A program made the translations under genes and the position numbers. From the IMG/VR virus record IMGVR_UViG_3300006072_000005: a DNA stretch of 64,000 nt; one strand, given 5' to 3'. Below are positions 40,401 through 48,640 of the stretch, one piece after another (within the stretch, counting starts at the first letter, position 1; every line of letters begins with the position of its first letter). The stretch comes from an uncultured virus (IMG/VR IMGVR_UViG_3300006072_000005). Its lineage: Duplodnaviria; Heunggongvirae; Uroviricota; Caudoviricetes. The notes under the pieces were generated by a model. That model saw only the letters and a program-made list of their open reading frames with translations, made no database searches and had not been told where the DNA came from.

Positions 40401-42976
40401 TCTGCAAATTGAATTGGCATTTGATCTACTAATCCAGATGTGCTAGTAACTGTAATTAAATTTGTTCCTGTAGTAGTTGCTGTGCAAGTTGTTTGGATAC
40501 TTGTTTTTGGAAGAACTACTACTCCTCTTAATTCATCTCCAATAATAGAAACGTTTGCCGGAACAACAATTGGTAACGATTCAAGATATGTTCCAGTTTT
40601 AACATTAATAACACAAGACACTCCACTATTTTGTGCAGGTAACAACGATGTACTTTGTGTAGCCAACGCATTGTAAATGTAATTAAACAATGTTGTTGCT
40701 GAACTTGCGCCAGAAGCTTCTGCCGCTGATCCAGAAGTATTTTGATAAATGACTGGAGATACGCTGTTTAATACTTGATAGTTGTATGCTGGAGTTGTTT
40801 GTGTTATTGCATCGGTTAATAATGTCAATGCGTAGTTTAACATTGGAAGATAATATGGCATATCAGCCGCAACTGCTGTATTATAGAATGTACTTGTCAA
40901 TCCATATGCAAAATAAGCCAATGCCGTTGCAACACTTTGACTGTTTCCACCTCGAGCTAAATCGTATGCGATGGCATCGATAATTAATCCAATATCTCTT
41001 GCCGCTTTAGTTGAATTAAATGCGTATGCTGTACTATAAGGACTAATATTATTATTAATCTGATACTGTGCCCATTGTACCATCTCTGCTTGAATCCAAG
41101 ATTTATTTTGTGTAATCAAAGCAACTGTGTTGGTGTTTTGTGTGCCGGCACCAACTGTGGCAGCCGCATAGGCAATAGTTTTCCATGGGCGATCCCAGTT
41201 TTTTCCATAGCCAGGCGCATCTATACCAGTTAATGCTGACACATAAAACACGTTTGGAACAACGTTAATTTGACTCCAAGTCGGATTATTATTAGTAGCA
41301 CGTAAAGTATAGCCACTTGTACCGATGGCAATGTTAGAATATGCACCGTTGCTAAATGTTTCAATATCGCCTTGCGATGTTAATGCTTCTTTTCTTGCAC
41401 CAACTGCTAAAATTTTCCAATAGGTATTAAATGAATCCAAGTCTGGACGATTGGCATTAGATGCTGTATGATTTTGATCACATTGGTATGTTGTGTTGCC
41501 CCATATTACCTGATCTCCTACAATGTAAGATGCTCCAGATGCCCAACGTCCGTACCAAATGCCGCCTGGTATTACTAATTTCCAATAAAGATAATTGATT
41601 CCAACAAAATTAATATTTTGTCCATTAATTAATGTGCCATCAGGAGCATAATTTAAAGTTACTCCCACTGGGGAAGAAATAATACTATTAACAGATTGTC
41701 CTAAAGTTAATCCAGCTCCTAGAGCTATCATACCTACTTGAACACCAGATGTTGAACTAAGATTTACAGTTGTTCCGCTACTGCCTGTGCTGTTATAAGT
41801 GATACCCGAAGTAGAATAGGATGCTGGATCTTGACTTGTATTGTCTTGTACAGCTTGGAATACTAGACCGTGTCTGCGTACCACTGTTCCAATTTGATAA
41901 AGTTGTCCTGTAATCCAATCAACCGGACTACTACCATTTGGTGTTAGCAATGTCCAGTCTATTGTGTCAGTTGACGGTGCGGACCCGCTATTATTACTAG
42001 CAGTATTATTAATATATGTATTGCCACCATAGGTAACAATGTCTCCTATTTGGTATGTTACACCGACGTTAAATCCTGAAATAAATCGTTGATCAGGAAT
42101 ATAAGCAATCCAATATGTAGATGTTGCAAATGCAATACCAGACACATTGTATTGTGTACAGGCATATAAACTTCCGCCCACTTGCACTATGTCATTTAAT
42201 TTATATCTTGTATTGGCAGCCCATGCTCCAACATAATTATAATTACTATCTAGAACTGTCCAAGATGATTGATTGGCTTCTAGTCCTAATTGCGACACAC
42301 CTGTAGAGATACCTGGAGTTGCAATAGTACCATTGATTGTAATTTGTGATGCAAATGTTACACTACTTTGTGTACTAGAAACAACTGTATAAGTACCATT
42401 AATAATTGTAGGATTAAATCCTGATAAAGTTATAGTTGTACCAACTGCATAAATTACAACGGGTTGAGGAGTAAATGTAATTGTTACTTGGCTTCCAGTA
42501 CTAACTGCGCCTACGGCTTGCAAAGCACCTGTGGATGTATGACCAGTTATACAAGAATAAACAATACCACCATATTGTACCACAGCACCGACACCATAAA
42601 CAGTATTAGGTTGCCATGTTGATAACCATTGCGGGTATTGAGTATATTGTGTCCAGTTAGACTGTTGACTCTTAAATGCTGTTGAAGTATGAGGAGTTGT
42701 ACAATAGTAAACAAATCCACCAAATATAACAATATTACCTAAACTATAAAATGTATTTGTCTGCCAAGGACCATCAAATTGTTTACCATCTAAAATTAGA
42801 CTCCAAAGTCCATTATTAAGATCTGTGTAAAAATTTGAACTTGCTGTATTAGGTGTTACGCATGAATATGTTTTTCCTTGATAACCGACAACACTATCTT
42901 TTGCATATTGTGTGCCAGTAGTCCATGCTCCTGACCATATAAAACGTAATCTACCAATTTTAAATTCTTGTGCCAT
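34439..42976 (-). CDS. Giant virion structural / tail fibre protein (2845 aa), paralogue of 19732-34404
   Basis: Same architecture: starts MAQEFKIGRLRF, has KTGTY.E.LPIVVP, GGRIRA.NGNSSYG, Asp-box repeats and HDFLYIGSG...FFSSTDQDGNF. Confidence 0.85.
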   Translation of the reverse strand: MAQEFKIGRLRFIWSGAWTTGTQYAKDSVVGYQGKTYSCVTPNTASSNFYTDLNNGLWSLILDGKQFDGPWQTNTFYSLGNIVIFGGFVYYCTTPHTSTAFKSQQSNWTQYTQYPQWLSTWQPNTVYGVGAVVQYGGIVYSCITGHTSTGALQAVGAVSTGSQVTITFTPQPVVIYAVGTTITLSGFNPTIINGTYTVVSSTQSSVTFASQITINGTIATPGISTGVSQLGLEANQSSWTVLDSNYNYVGAWAANTRYKLNDIVQVGGSLYACTQYNVSGIAFATSTYWIAYIPDQRFISGFNVGVTYQIGDIVTYGGNTYINNTASNNSGSAPSTDTIDWTLLTPNGSSPVDWITGQLYQIGTVVRRHGLVFQAVQDNTSQDPASYSTSGITYNSTGSSGTTVNLSSTSGVQVGMIALGAGLTLGQSVNSIISSPVGVTLNYAPDGTLINGQNINFVGINYLYWKLVIPGGIWYGRWASGASYIVGDQVIWGNTTYQCDQNHTASNANRPDLDSFNTYWKILAVGARKEALTSQGDIETFSNGAYSNIAIGTSGYTLRATNNNPTWSQINVVPNVFYVSALTGIDAPGYGKNWDRPWKTIAYAAATVGAGTQNTNTVALITQNKSWIQAEMVQWAQYQINNNISPYSTAYAFNSTKAARDIGLIIDAIAYDLARGGNSQSVATALAYFAYGLTSTFYNTAVAADMPYYLPMLNYALTLLTDAITQTTPAYNYQVLNSVSPVIYQNTSGSAAEASGASSATTLFNYIYNALATQSTSLLPAQNSGVSCVINVKTGTYLESLPIVVPANVSIIGDELRGVVVLPKTSIQTTCTATTTGTNLITVTSTSGLVDQMPIQFADTTILTTSIYTGFGGITPGQTYYVIGSTITSNQFSVALSPTTQFIATTTASSQVLTDVSNIIGLVVGATITGPGIQTGTTITGITIAPSNSSLNSISISLPTTVTASNVYLTSTGATLSLTSATGTMTVYAGDCLKDMFRCRNGTSVRNMTLSGLQGTLLAPDANNIQHPSGGAYTALDPGQGPNDSTAWIIRRSPFMENITTFGNGCTGNKIDGTLHNGGYKSFTSNDFTQVIQDGVGIWCTGPGALTECISVFCYFGYTGYFAEAGGRIRAANGNSSYGNYGVISSGFDTTEVPITGTVYNQSSQVQASVQSSLGAAAQLIKLNYANAGSAYNTTSTNMLYYSNNYLGPNWVSDGNIIFDKTFAAPTGNIEAYTMIGTGGTGTGYIYQNITLNPAGASYTNLPSTTNTGTGGGATFNVVVTSTGYTVSVNYGGTGYAAGNTLTISGALLGGLSGLNNCNITVNTVTGNVISSVVATGIVPTGSTQSYTASVYVYQGTATQLDIQAIYSGSSTRTSAINYNFTTNTITPTNSNGGYLPTQFGSQVTLVAGWYRIWFAFNDTAGLNNTLQLRIYPKGINGAVGLYNYLYGAQVEISKPTLAPSFYIENTGVSRYSAYAYYNVTGSGTGALLIGDELRSNSVFQTLVTSGGSGYLTAGNNAQGGTNQYIVLAQSDVNQPSNYIGMRVFIQSGTGAGQYGYMATYNTTSKLAYVLKESFTPLQIASSSAVTSAFTLSANSTTSLLYLNMPVQFVPTYYTTTVTSTSLSQTTVTQAIGGTTNTLTLASTNGLTVNMPIIFSAGSGAIFSTITAGYQYYVYAILSSTTIQISTQAFGTVWPLTSGSGTMVMSFTSGNSYIQASTTNMVVNYPIAFTGTAIGGLSIATTYYINDIIDSNDFTISAATFNITVTGTVNNTLQCASTTGLQVLNPIIFTAPAIAGSGIADTTKYYISSIVDQTDFTISTSIINQTVSSTNGTTNTVVTSSTSGFIVGQPIIFTGTTFGNILAETVYYILSLAGDGISFTISQTLGGGVFGVTTGTGSMSLRTCPTPLTFTAVTGSSMVGVTTSKKLSVNLGIGSMTGTFSTTLFGGISSGTTYYIASIPTPGNGGTFTVSTAINSVGVVVPTTKSGTMNLAAVGWDHVTSGFPIVPSLDSTSVYFIESRPAFSSPGFTQAVAGSTITLASGIYWNAIAYGNNTFVAIPSANAVGATSTDGSNWSNMVLPSSASWSSIAFGNNYFVAVNSSNANVIYSNNNGSGWRTSTMPSNSQWTQIAYGNGNFVAIGASGTTSAYSTNFGLNWTNGQTISTVAATGFTVSAGTATVAFATQPITPFAIGSTITLSGFTPTTTSGTVNAVNTTFVVTGCTTSQVQFALTGTYSSGIFGTISGGNSAYGLPISQTWNSLAYGSNIFVAIGPGSLTGARSVNGGQTWISTTLPTASAWTSIAFGNGRFVAVANDGSLAIYSFDGITWYQSNQTVVASSVKYGQGVFVAVYNGSTTAYTSENGLDWTPRTVTNDLYTSLAFGFTSTNVGVFTTLSQQSTGSLISAGCRAKGRPSISSNTLNGVSEFEPGSGYVTQTISSFATAVVGAGTAVLTFSATQTTNPFPAGSTIVVTGFTPTAINGTYIVTNSSTSYVAYSLSGSFSSSINGSVSSSVTITFTDPNVTSLATVTPRVSNGTLGGPTFVNKGAGYSNTTTQVAITGNGYADTFQTGLTIVINNLSLLPSQGSNIQFAGNNSQAYKITSAVAVYGTVAPNIQANISISPAMTLALSPVNGAVATIRQKYSQCRITNHDFLYIGSGDIVNSLYPLTNDSELIVNNQTVEVNFGRVFFSSTDQDGNFKVGNLFGVQQATGIVTLSASQFGLTGLSTLSLGGISVGGSATIVQQFSTDGAFTANSDSIIPTQRAIRTYLASRLSQGGSNTYTGQMTAGTVVVGGAQYIRSSIPNGQVGSSVKMLNKVYVDAYGVDGNMIALDFFMNNSIHRSSSQQ

Positions 42977-42991
42977 TATATAATGTTCCTA

Positions 42992-43372
42992 TTAACCTAA
43001 TGATATTGTTTGTGCGCCAGTATAGTTATATACCTGATTGATCTGAACACATAATTCGCCTTGGTTATCTAAAAAATAATAACAATTTTTATTATCCCAG
43101 CGATATTGATCAAACTGTAAATTAGGATAAGGACGACTGTGATCTGTTGCCAAACGTCCGTCGAAGAAATCGACACCGTACTCAAACTGTTCAAAATTTC
43201 CAGTATTAGGACCTGGAACATTTACAGTTAGAGTTGTGACAGATGTTAGCTGATCGATTTTATAAAAATAAAGAGTACCATCATCTAAACGTTGTAGTCC
43301 GTAGAAATATCTAGGATTTCCTTCGCCTAAACTGTCATTTAAATTAAGTTCTGTACCAATAGTATATGCCAT
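42992..43372 (-). CDS. Hypothetical protein (structural cluster)
   Basis: 126 aa, AGGA SD, in operon context. Confidence 0.75.
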   Translation of the reverse strand: MAYTIGTELNLNDSLGEGNPRYFYGLQRLDDGTLYFYKIDQLTSVTTLTVNVPGPNTGNFEQFEYGVDFFDGRLATDHSRPYPNLQFDQYRWDNKNCYYFLDNQGELCVQINQVYNYTGAQTISLG

Positions 43373-43383
43373 AATAGTTATCC

Positions 43384-43716
43384 TTAACTGATCTCAACCC
43401 AACTCATTACTAAATCTATACTACTAGCAAGATTTGAAGTAACTATAACATAAGTTAATGGTCCTAGATTTAATTTTTCACCGCCAGTAATTACCCTAGC
43501 ACTACTATTGGGAGGTATGGTGAGATTGTTTATAAAATATGCTGTAGTACCTGCCACAGTATCTTGTAACTGTACGCTAGCTTGTATAATACTAGATGTT
43601 GTGTTAGTTAAACTCATGCCAATTACAGTAGTAGTAGCACTACCGTTAGTTGTTACTACTGTTGTAGGAGTTGTTCCTAGCCCTGTGTTTAATACGTTTT
43701 TAAATACTGTTCCCAT
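43384..43716 (-). CDS. Small beta-rich virion or fibre-associated protein
   Basis: 110 aa; IGMSLTNTT...IPPNSS...GEKLNL; paralogue of the two 112-aa proteins. Confidence 0.75.
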   Translation of the reverse strand: MGTVFKNVLNTGLGTTPTTVVTTNGSATTTVIGMSLTNTTSSIIQASVQLQDTVAGTTAYFINNLTIPPNSSARVITGGEKLNLGPLTYVIVTSNLASSIDLVMSWVEIS

Positions 43717-43719
43717 ATA

Positions 43720-45867
43720 TTATCCTAGTGCGATCGCTAGACCTGCGCCAATTGAATTTGCTGTTGCTGTTGTTACGCCTGAACTACTACCTGCAACACT
43801 TCCCCAACCTGATCCGTTATATACTTCAACATATTGTTGTTGAGTATTAAATCGAAGCATGCCTGTTGTTTCGTAAAGTGTTATAGGATAGTTGCCACTG
43901 GTTCCTACTGGAATTACAACACCGTTTGTTCCGGTAAATTGAAAATATCCTTGACTTGTTCCTGCAATAGTTACGGAAGTTATAGTTTGACTTGGTGCAA
44001 CATAATAAGTTCCTGTGCCGCCTGTTCCTGACAAATTGGCAACAATACCTGAATTTGCAAGAATTGTGTTAGCACCACTACCTCCGCTTATACCCATGCC
44101 TGGAATAATTGTTCCACTATTTACACTAGTTACGTTCAATACGATTGGTGTTGCAAGAATGGTTTCGATTGCAATAGTACTTGAATAATTTGAACTGATG
44201 TACCATGTACTACTAGAGCTTGAACCAGTTCCTGATATATTACTTACTATGTATGTTCCGGTTGTAATGCCAGTTCCTGACAAAGACATTCCAGGAACTA
44301 GTGTAGGAGTTCCGCTTGCATATGGAGTTGCTATTGCAAATGCAGTTCCGTTATTGGTCAATGTTTGATATCCGCTTGGACCAGAAGTATCTGTTGTAAA
44401 TGCGCCTGGTGTTAAAGCTGTTAATAACAATTTTGTGTTGGCTACGGCTGTTAATGTTGTATTTGGTACGGTGATGGTTGTCTGTGTTGGATCGTAAACA
44501 TTGCTACCAATTACAACTCTAATATTAGTCAAATTGCCTTTAAAGTAATTTGTATTACCTTGTTCGCCTACCAAAGACATATATCCTTGATAATTTAAAT
44601 TGTTAGATGTTGTACCACTACTTGAGCGTGTTCCATTTAAAAATATAGTCTCTATACCACTACTGTTACGTGTGGCTGCCACATGATTCCATGTGTTTAA
44701 ACTAATTGTAGGAACTGTGTATGTATTAGTTGTTGTGTTATAAGTTGATGTAGTAATGCTAGTTAATGAATTAATAATTAATCCATATCCATAATTATTT
44801 GACCCGCCTAGAATTACTCCGCTAGTGCCGCTGGTCATATAAAACCATGCTTCGGCAGTATATGCACCTGTACCAAGAATTAATCCAGGACTCATGCTTA
44901 GATACTGTGGACTACCTGTCATTGCAATACTTCCGCCTGCTGGCCAGAAAGGAGCAACTGCCAATGTCAATACAGAACCTGTTATAGTAGAACTTGTAGC
45001 AATTGGTGTACCAGGTGTGATAGTTCCTACAAAACTGGCATTGCTAACAGTTTGTGTAAATTGTGTTACAGCATTGGGACTAATATTTGTAAGAGTATTA
45101 TTAGTAAATTGTAAATTTCCAAATACAATACCGCCTGAACCTGTTGAGTTAAAGTAGATGCTAGTGTTGGTTCCAGTAGCTTGAATAGTACTTCCAGAAA
45201 TTATTAAATTACTTGTATTAAATGTAGTTGTGTTTAATGTTGTAGCATTAAATGTGCTGGTTGTTAATCCTGCTGTATAAACGTTTGCCCAAGTTAAATT
45301 ACTTGCGCCTAAATTATATGTGTTTGTAGTTGATGGTAAAATATTACTATTAACTTCACCTGTAAAAGTAATAGTATCGTTTGTTGCGGCACCAAGATTA
45401 ATGTTTCCGTCGGCTGTAATATTGCCAGTTGCATGCAAATTACCATTTACCAATACATTATTGTTAAGATTAATAACACCAGTTCCGTTGGCTGTAATAT
45501 TAATTGCTTCATTAGTATTAATACTACTGATAGTATTTCCACTAAGTGACAAATCGCCAATGTTGGCAGTTGTCATGTTAACTGATGGAGTGCCACCACT
45601 AGGTGTAAATGTAATTGTACCGTTAGTACTTGAAATTGTACTGCCAGAAACAGTAATATTACCTAGTGTACTTGATCCGCTAATGTATAAATTGGTAGTA
45701 CGGGTTGTCCCATTAACTGACAAATCGTTAGTGGGCGTGGCGGTGTTGATGCCCACGCGGCTGTTATTAACATCCAAATAGAGAAGGCTCGTCTCAAAGG
45801 CTAAATTGACCCCGTTACGAAGCAAATTATCCTTTAAGAGCGGACCTGAAATTCGACCAACAGCCAT
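43720..45867 (-). CDS. Fibre/structural protein with a LamG / ConA-like lectin domain
   Basis: Starts MAVGRISGPLLKDNLLRNG; YTAEAWFY...WNHVAATR...IFLNG...FKGNLTNIRVV (LamG-like); ends with GMLRFNT..YVEVYNG. Confidence 0.8.
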   Translation of the reverse strand: MAVGRISGPLLKDNLLRNGVNLAFETSLLYLDVNNSRVGINTATPTNDLSVNGTTRTTNLYISGSSTLGNITVSGSTISSTNGTITFTPSGGTPSVNMTTANIGDLSLSGNTISSINTNEAINITANGTGVINLNNNVLVNGNLHATGNITADGNINLGAATNDTITFTGEVNSNILPSTTNTYNLGASNLTWANVYTAGLTTSTFNATTLNTTTFNTSNLIISGSTIQATGTNTSIYFNSTGSGGIVFGNLQFTNNTLTNISPNAVTQFTQTVSNASFVGTITPGTPIATSSTITGSVLTLAVAPFWPAGGSIAMTGSPQYLSMSPGLILGTGAYTAEAWFYMTSGTSGVILGGSNNYGYGLIINSLTSITTSTYNTTTNTYTVPTISLNTWNHVAATRNSSGIETIFLNGTRSSSGTTSNNLNYQGYMSLVGEQGNTNYFKGNLTNIRVVIGSNVYDPTQTTITVPNTTLTAVANTKLLLTALTPGAFTTDTSGPSGYQTLTNNGTAFAIATPYASGTPTLVPGMSLSGTGITTGTYIVSNISGTGSSSSSTWYISSNYSSTIAIETILATPIVLNVTSVNSGTIIPGMGISGGSGANTILANSGIVANLSGTGGTGTYYVAPSQTITSVTIAGTSQGYFQFTGTNGVVIPVGTSGNYPITLYETTGMLRFNTQQQYVEVYNGSGWGSVAGSSSGVTTATANSIGAGLAIALG

Positions 45868-45987
45868 TTACGCTCCCGTATACCCCGTGTTTCACGGTTA
45901 ACCACTTTTTCAGCTGGACGCTCTTAGCGGGTTTACCACTGTTTAACCATACGAAAAATTGGTCATTTTTCGTAATCAATGTATTTA
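45868..45987 (-). promoter_or_regulatory. Late promoter plus a structured 5' leader
   Basis: TAAATA at 45982-45987; 10-bp hairpin at 45950-45974; CCGTG/CACGG hairpin at 45885-45897; three TGGT(T)AA-type repeats. Confidence 0.55.
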
Positions 45988-46009
45988 GCTGTTTTTAATT
46001 TTTGGGTTA

Positions 46010-47074
46010 TTATCTGCCGAATATTATGGCATCTGTAAGCATAATAGTTTGTACTTGAGAAAGGCTTAGGGTAGCACTGGCTCCGCCAATGGCTTGCCAG
46101 GATCCGCCATTAAAAAATTCCCCATAGCCCAAAGTTGTATTAAATCTTATCATTCCTATAGTAGCGTTGAATGGTCTTTGGGCTGTTGTTCCTGCCGGAA
46201 TTGCTACCCCATCCGTACCGCCAAACTGGAAATATCCGTTACTCGTTGGAACAAATTGAAACGCACCCGTCGATGGATTTGTAATACTATTTTGATTTAC
46301 TGCTGTAAACTGAGTGCCGTTTAGGCTAATTATACCAGTACCAGTAGGCAAAATTTGTGTGTTTGTACTGGCTGTAGTATTAGTAATTGTACTACCATTA
46401 AAACTTAATTGTCCGCCATTAAATGTAGTAGCAGATGTTGTAGGAACTGTAGTAGATCCTACACTAAAAGAATTTGTATAAACATTGTTCCATTGATTTG
46501 TATTAGATCCTAGCGTATAGGTGTTAGTAGTTGATGGTAAAATATTACTATTAATTTCGCCTGTAAAACTGATAGTGTTACTATTGCTAGTACCTAAAGT
46601 TAAATTTCCATCAAAAGTTACATTTCCAGTAGCATGTAAATTTCCGCTCACTGTAACTTGAACACTAGAATTTCCGTTAGATAAATTGATTGACCCTGAA
46701 CCGTTCGCAGTAATATTAATGTTGTCATTTGCAACATTATTACCAATAATATTACTACGTAAATATAGGTTATTTGTAGTTAAACCAGGAGTAACCGTTG
46801 TTCCACTAACAGTAATATTGCCAACAGCATTTTGAATATTATTTGTACTAATGACAAAATTGCCAAGGTCGGCAGTAGAATCAACTGTTAATCCGACCGA
46901 ATCTATTGCAGTAGGAGTATAAAGATCGTTAACTGGTGTAGTTGTATTAAATCCGACACGTTTGTTATTAACATCTAAAAACAAAACTTGAGTGTCAATG
47001 GCGAGGTTATTACCGTTACGTAATAAATTGTCCGATAATAACGGACCGCTAATTCTACCTAGTTCTCGCCCCAT
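46010..47074 (-). CDS. Fibre/structural protein, paralogue of 43720-45867 without the LamG insert
   Basis: MGRELGRISGPLLSDNLLRNG; GEINSNILPSTTNTY; PAGTTAQRP...GMIRFNT. Confidence 0.8.
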   Translation of the reverse strand: MGRELGRISGPLLSDNLLRNGNNLAIDTQVLFLDVNNKRVGFNTTTPVNDLYTPTAIDSVGLTVDSTADLGNFVISTNNIQNAVGNITVSGTTVTPGLTTNNLYLRSNIIGNNVANDNINITANGSGSINLSNGNSSVQVTVSGNLHATGNVTFDGNLTLGTSNSNTISFTGEINSNILPSTTNTYTLGSNTNQWNNVYTNSFSVGSTTVPTTSATTFNGGQLSFNGSTITNTTASTNTQILPTGTGIISLNGTQFTAVNQNSITNPSTGAFQFVPTSNGYFQFGGTDGVAIPAGTTAQRPFNATIGMIRFNTTLGYGEFFNGGSWQAIGGASATLSLSQVQTIMLTDAIIFGR

Positions 47075-47087
47075 GGTAGGCTCCTAA

Positions 47088-48293
47088 TTACTGGTCAAAG
47101 CCAAGTAATGCAATAACTGTTTTTCCGTAAGGTACTGGTGCAGTAAATTGCAAATAATAACCAGACTCAAGTGTACTTGAACTAGTAATTGTAATTTGTG
47201 TATTAACTGCCAATGTGCTTGTTGTAGTTGCTTTGTTGATTGTAATACTGGTCAATGCATCTGTGTTTGGATCTGTTGTGAATGCTGTTATTATAGTGCT
47301 TGCTTGAATATTTGTACCTGTTACTGTTGCTCCAGATATATCTCCAGTAACAGTTGTTGCGGTACCTGTACCACTACCTACGCCAGTTGCCACAAAACTT
47401 GTACCAACGTTGCTGTTAGCCGCGCCAATTAATGTAAAGTTTGTAGTACCTGCTGAAGTAATTGTATAAGTTGTTCCTAGAATAAATGAACCAGCAGTTA
47501 CAGTTGTACTTTGACTTGCTACAAACGTTGCATAACCATTAGTTGTTCCGCTAGTTGTAATTGTTCCCGGTACTGTTCCTGCTCCAGGGTTACTTGCCAA
47601 TGCATAGCTAACACTAGAACTTGTACTAGCTGTTACTGTAAAGACTCCGTTGTATCCGCTTGGAGTAAATCCTGTCACAGTGATAGTTGCACCAACTGCA
47701 AACGGTACCCATGAATAACCAGTAAAGGTTAATGTTGCCACACTACCTGACCAACTTGCACCAGATGCATTAGCACTTGTATTAAAATATAATGTTGTCG
47801 AACCACTTGGTGCAGCCACACTCAATGTTGGTGTATAAGTTCCATCTATGATTGTAGGATTTTGAACAACTGTATAATTGATACCTGACAACTGAGGAAT
47901 GTTTTCAACATAGACTAAAACATTTTGTGCACCAAAGTTTGTAACATCGCTTGATTTATTTGTTGGATTGTAATATACTGGATTCAAAGGTCCAAAGTAT
48001 GTACTAGAACTATCTCCAGCACCTAAATTTTGTTGAACAATTTGTGTAGCCTCTTTAAAACGCAAAGCTCTCCACGTACTACCTTGATAAATTTCTGCTT
48101 CGTTAGTTGTTGTATTATAACGCATCATACCAGATGTTGGACTACCTGGACGTTGTGTAGTTGTGCCGTTAGGAAGTACTAGGCTTCCTGCACCGGTAGG
48201 ACTTATATAGACGTTGGCATTTGCTGTATCTGAATATACAGTAGTATCAAAAATTGCACGACGACTAAGAGTTTGTTGTTTAAGAAATCTCAT
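47088..48293 (-). CDS. Virion structural protein
   Basis: LPNGTTTQRP...GMMRYNTTTNEAEIY motif; Thr-rich modules shared with the giant fibres. Confidence 0.75.
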   Translation of the reverse strand: MRFLKQQTLSRRAIFDTTVYSDTANANVYISPTGAGSLVLPNGTTTQRPGSPTSGMMRYNTTTNEAEIYQGSTWRALRFKEATQIVQQNLGAGDSSSTYFGPLNPVYYNPTNKSSDVTNFGAQNVLVYVENIPQLSGINYTVVQNPTIIDGTYTPTLSVAAPSGSTTLYFNTSANASGASWSGSVATLTFTGYSWVPFAVGATITVTGFTPSGYNGVFTVTASTSSSVSYALASNPGAGTVPGTITTSGTTNGYATFVASQSTTVTAGSFILGTTYTITSAGTTNFTLIGAANSNVGTSFVATGVGSGTGTATTVTGDISGATVTGTNIQASTIITAFTTDPNTDALTSITINKATTTSTLAVNTQITITSSSTLESGYYLQFTAPVPYGKTVIALLGFDQ

Positions 48294-48631
48294 TATACTG
48301 GCAATGTGCTTATGGTTATATTCAAAGTGCTAGCCTGACTGCTAACTGCTACGATTGTGTCGTTTGAACTCAAAACTAATTTCTCTTGATCTAAACTTAC
48401 AGTTTCACCCGCAGGCACTGCAAGAGCATTAATGATCATATTAGAAGTACTAGCAGTACCTACTGATCCGCCATTGTTAGGAACTGCATACAATGTTAAA
48501 TTTGATGCAGTTGATCCACTTGTGTTGCAAACAATCATACAAGTAATAGCATTACCAATTTGAGGACTAGTTACGGTACTAGTATAAACTGTTGTGTTTG
48601 TTGTTCCGATTATCTGTGATGTTAATGGCAT
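48293..48631 (-). CDS. Small beta-rich virion or fibre-associated protein
   Basis: 112 aa; TVYTS...MIVCNT...VPAGET...EKLVLSSNDTIVA. Confidence 0.75.
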   Translation of the reverse strand: MPLTSQIIGTTNTTVYTSTVTSPQIGNAITCMIVCNTSGSTASNLTLYAVPNNGGSVGTASTSNMIINALAVPAGETVSLDQEKLVLSSNDTIVAVSSQASTLNITISTLPV

Positions 48632-48640
48632 GTTATGTCC

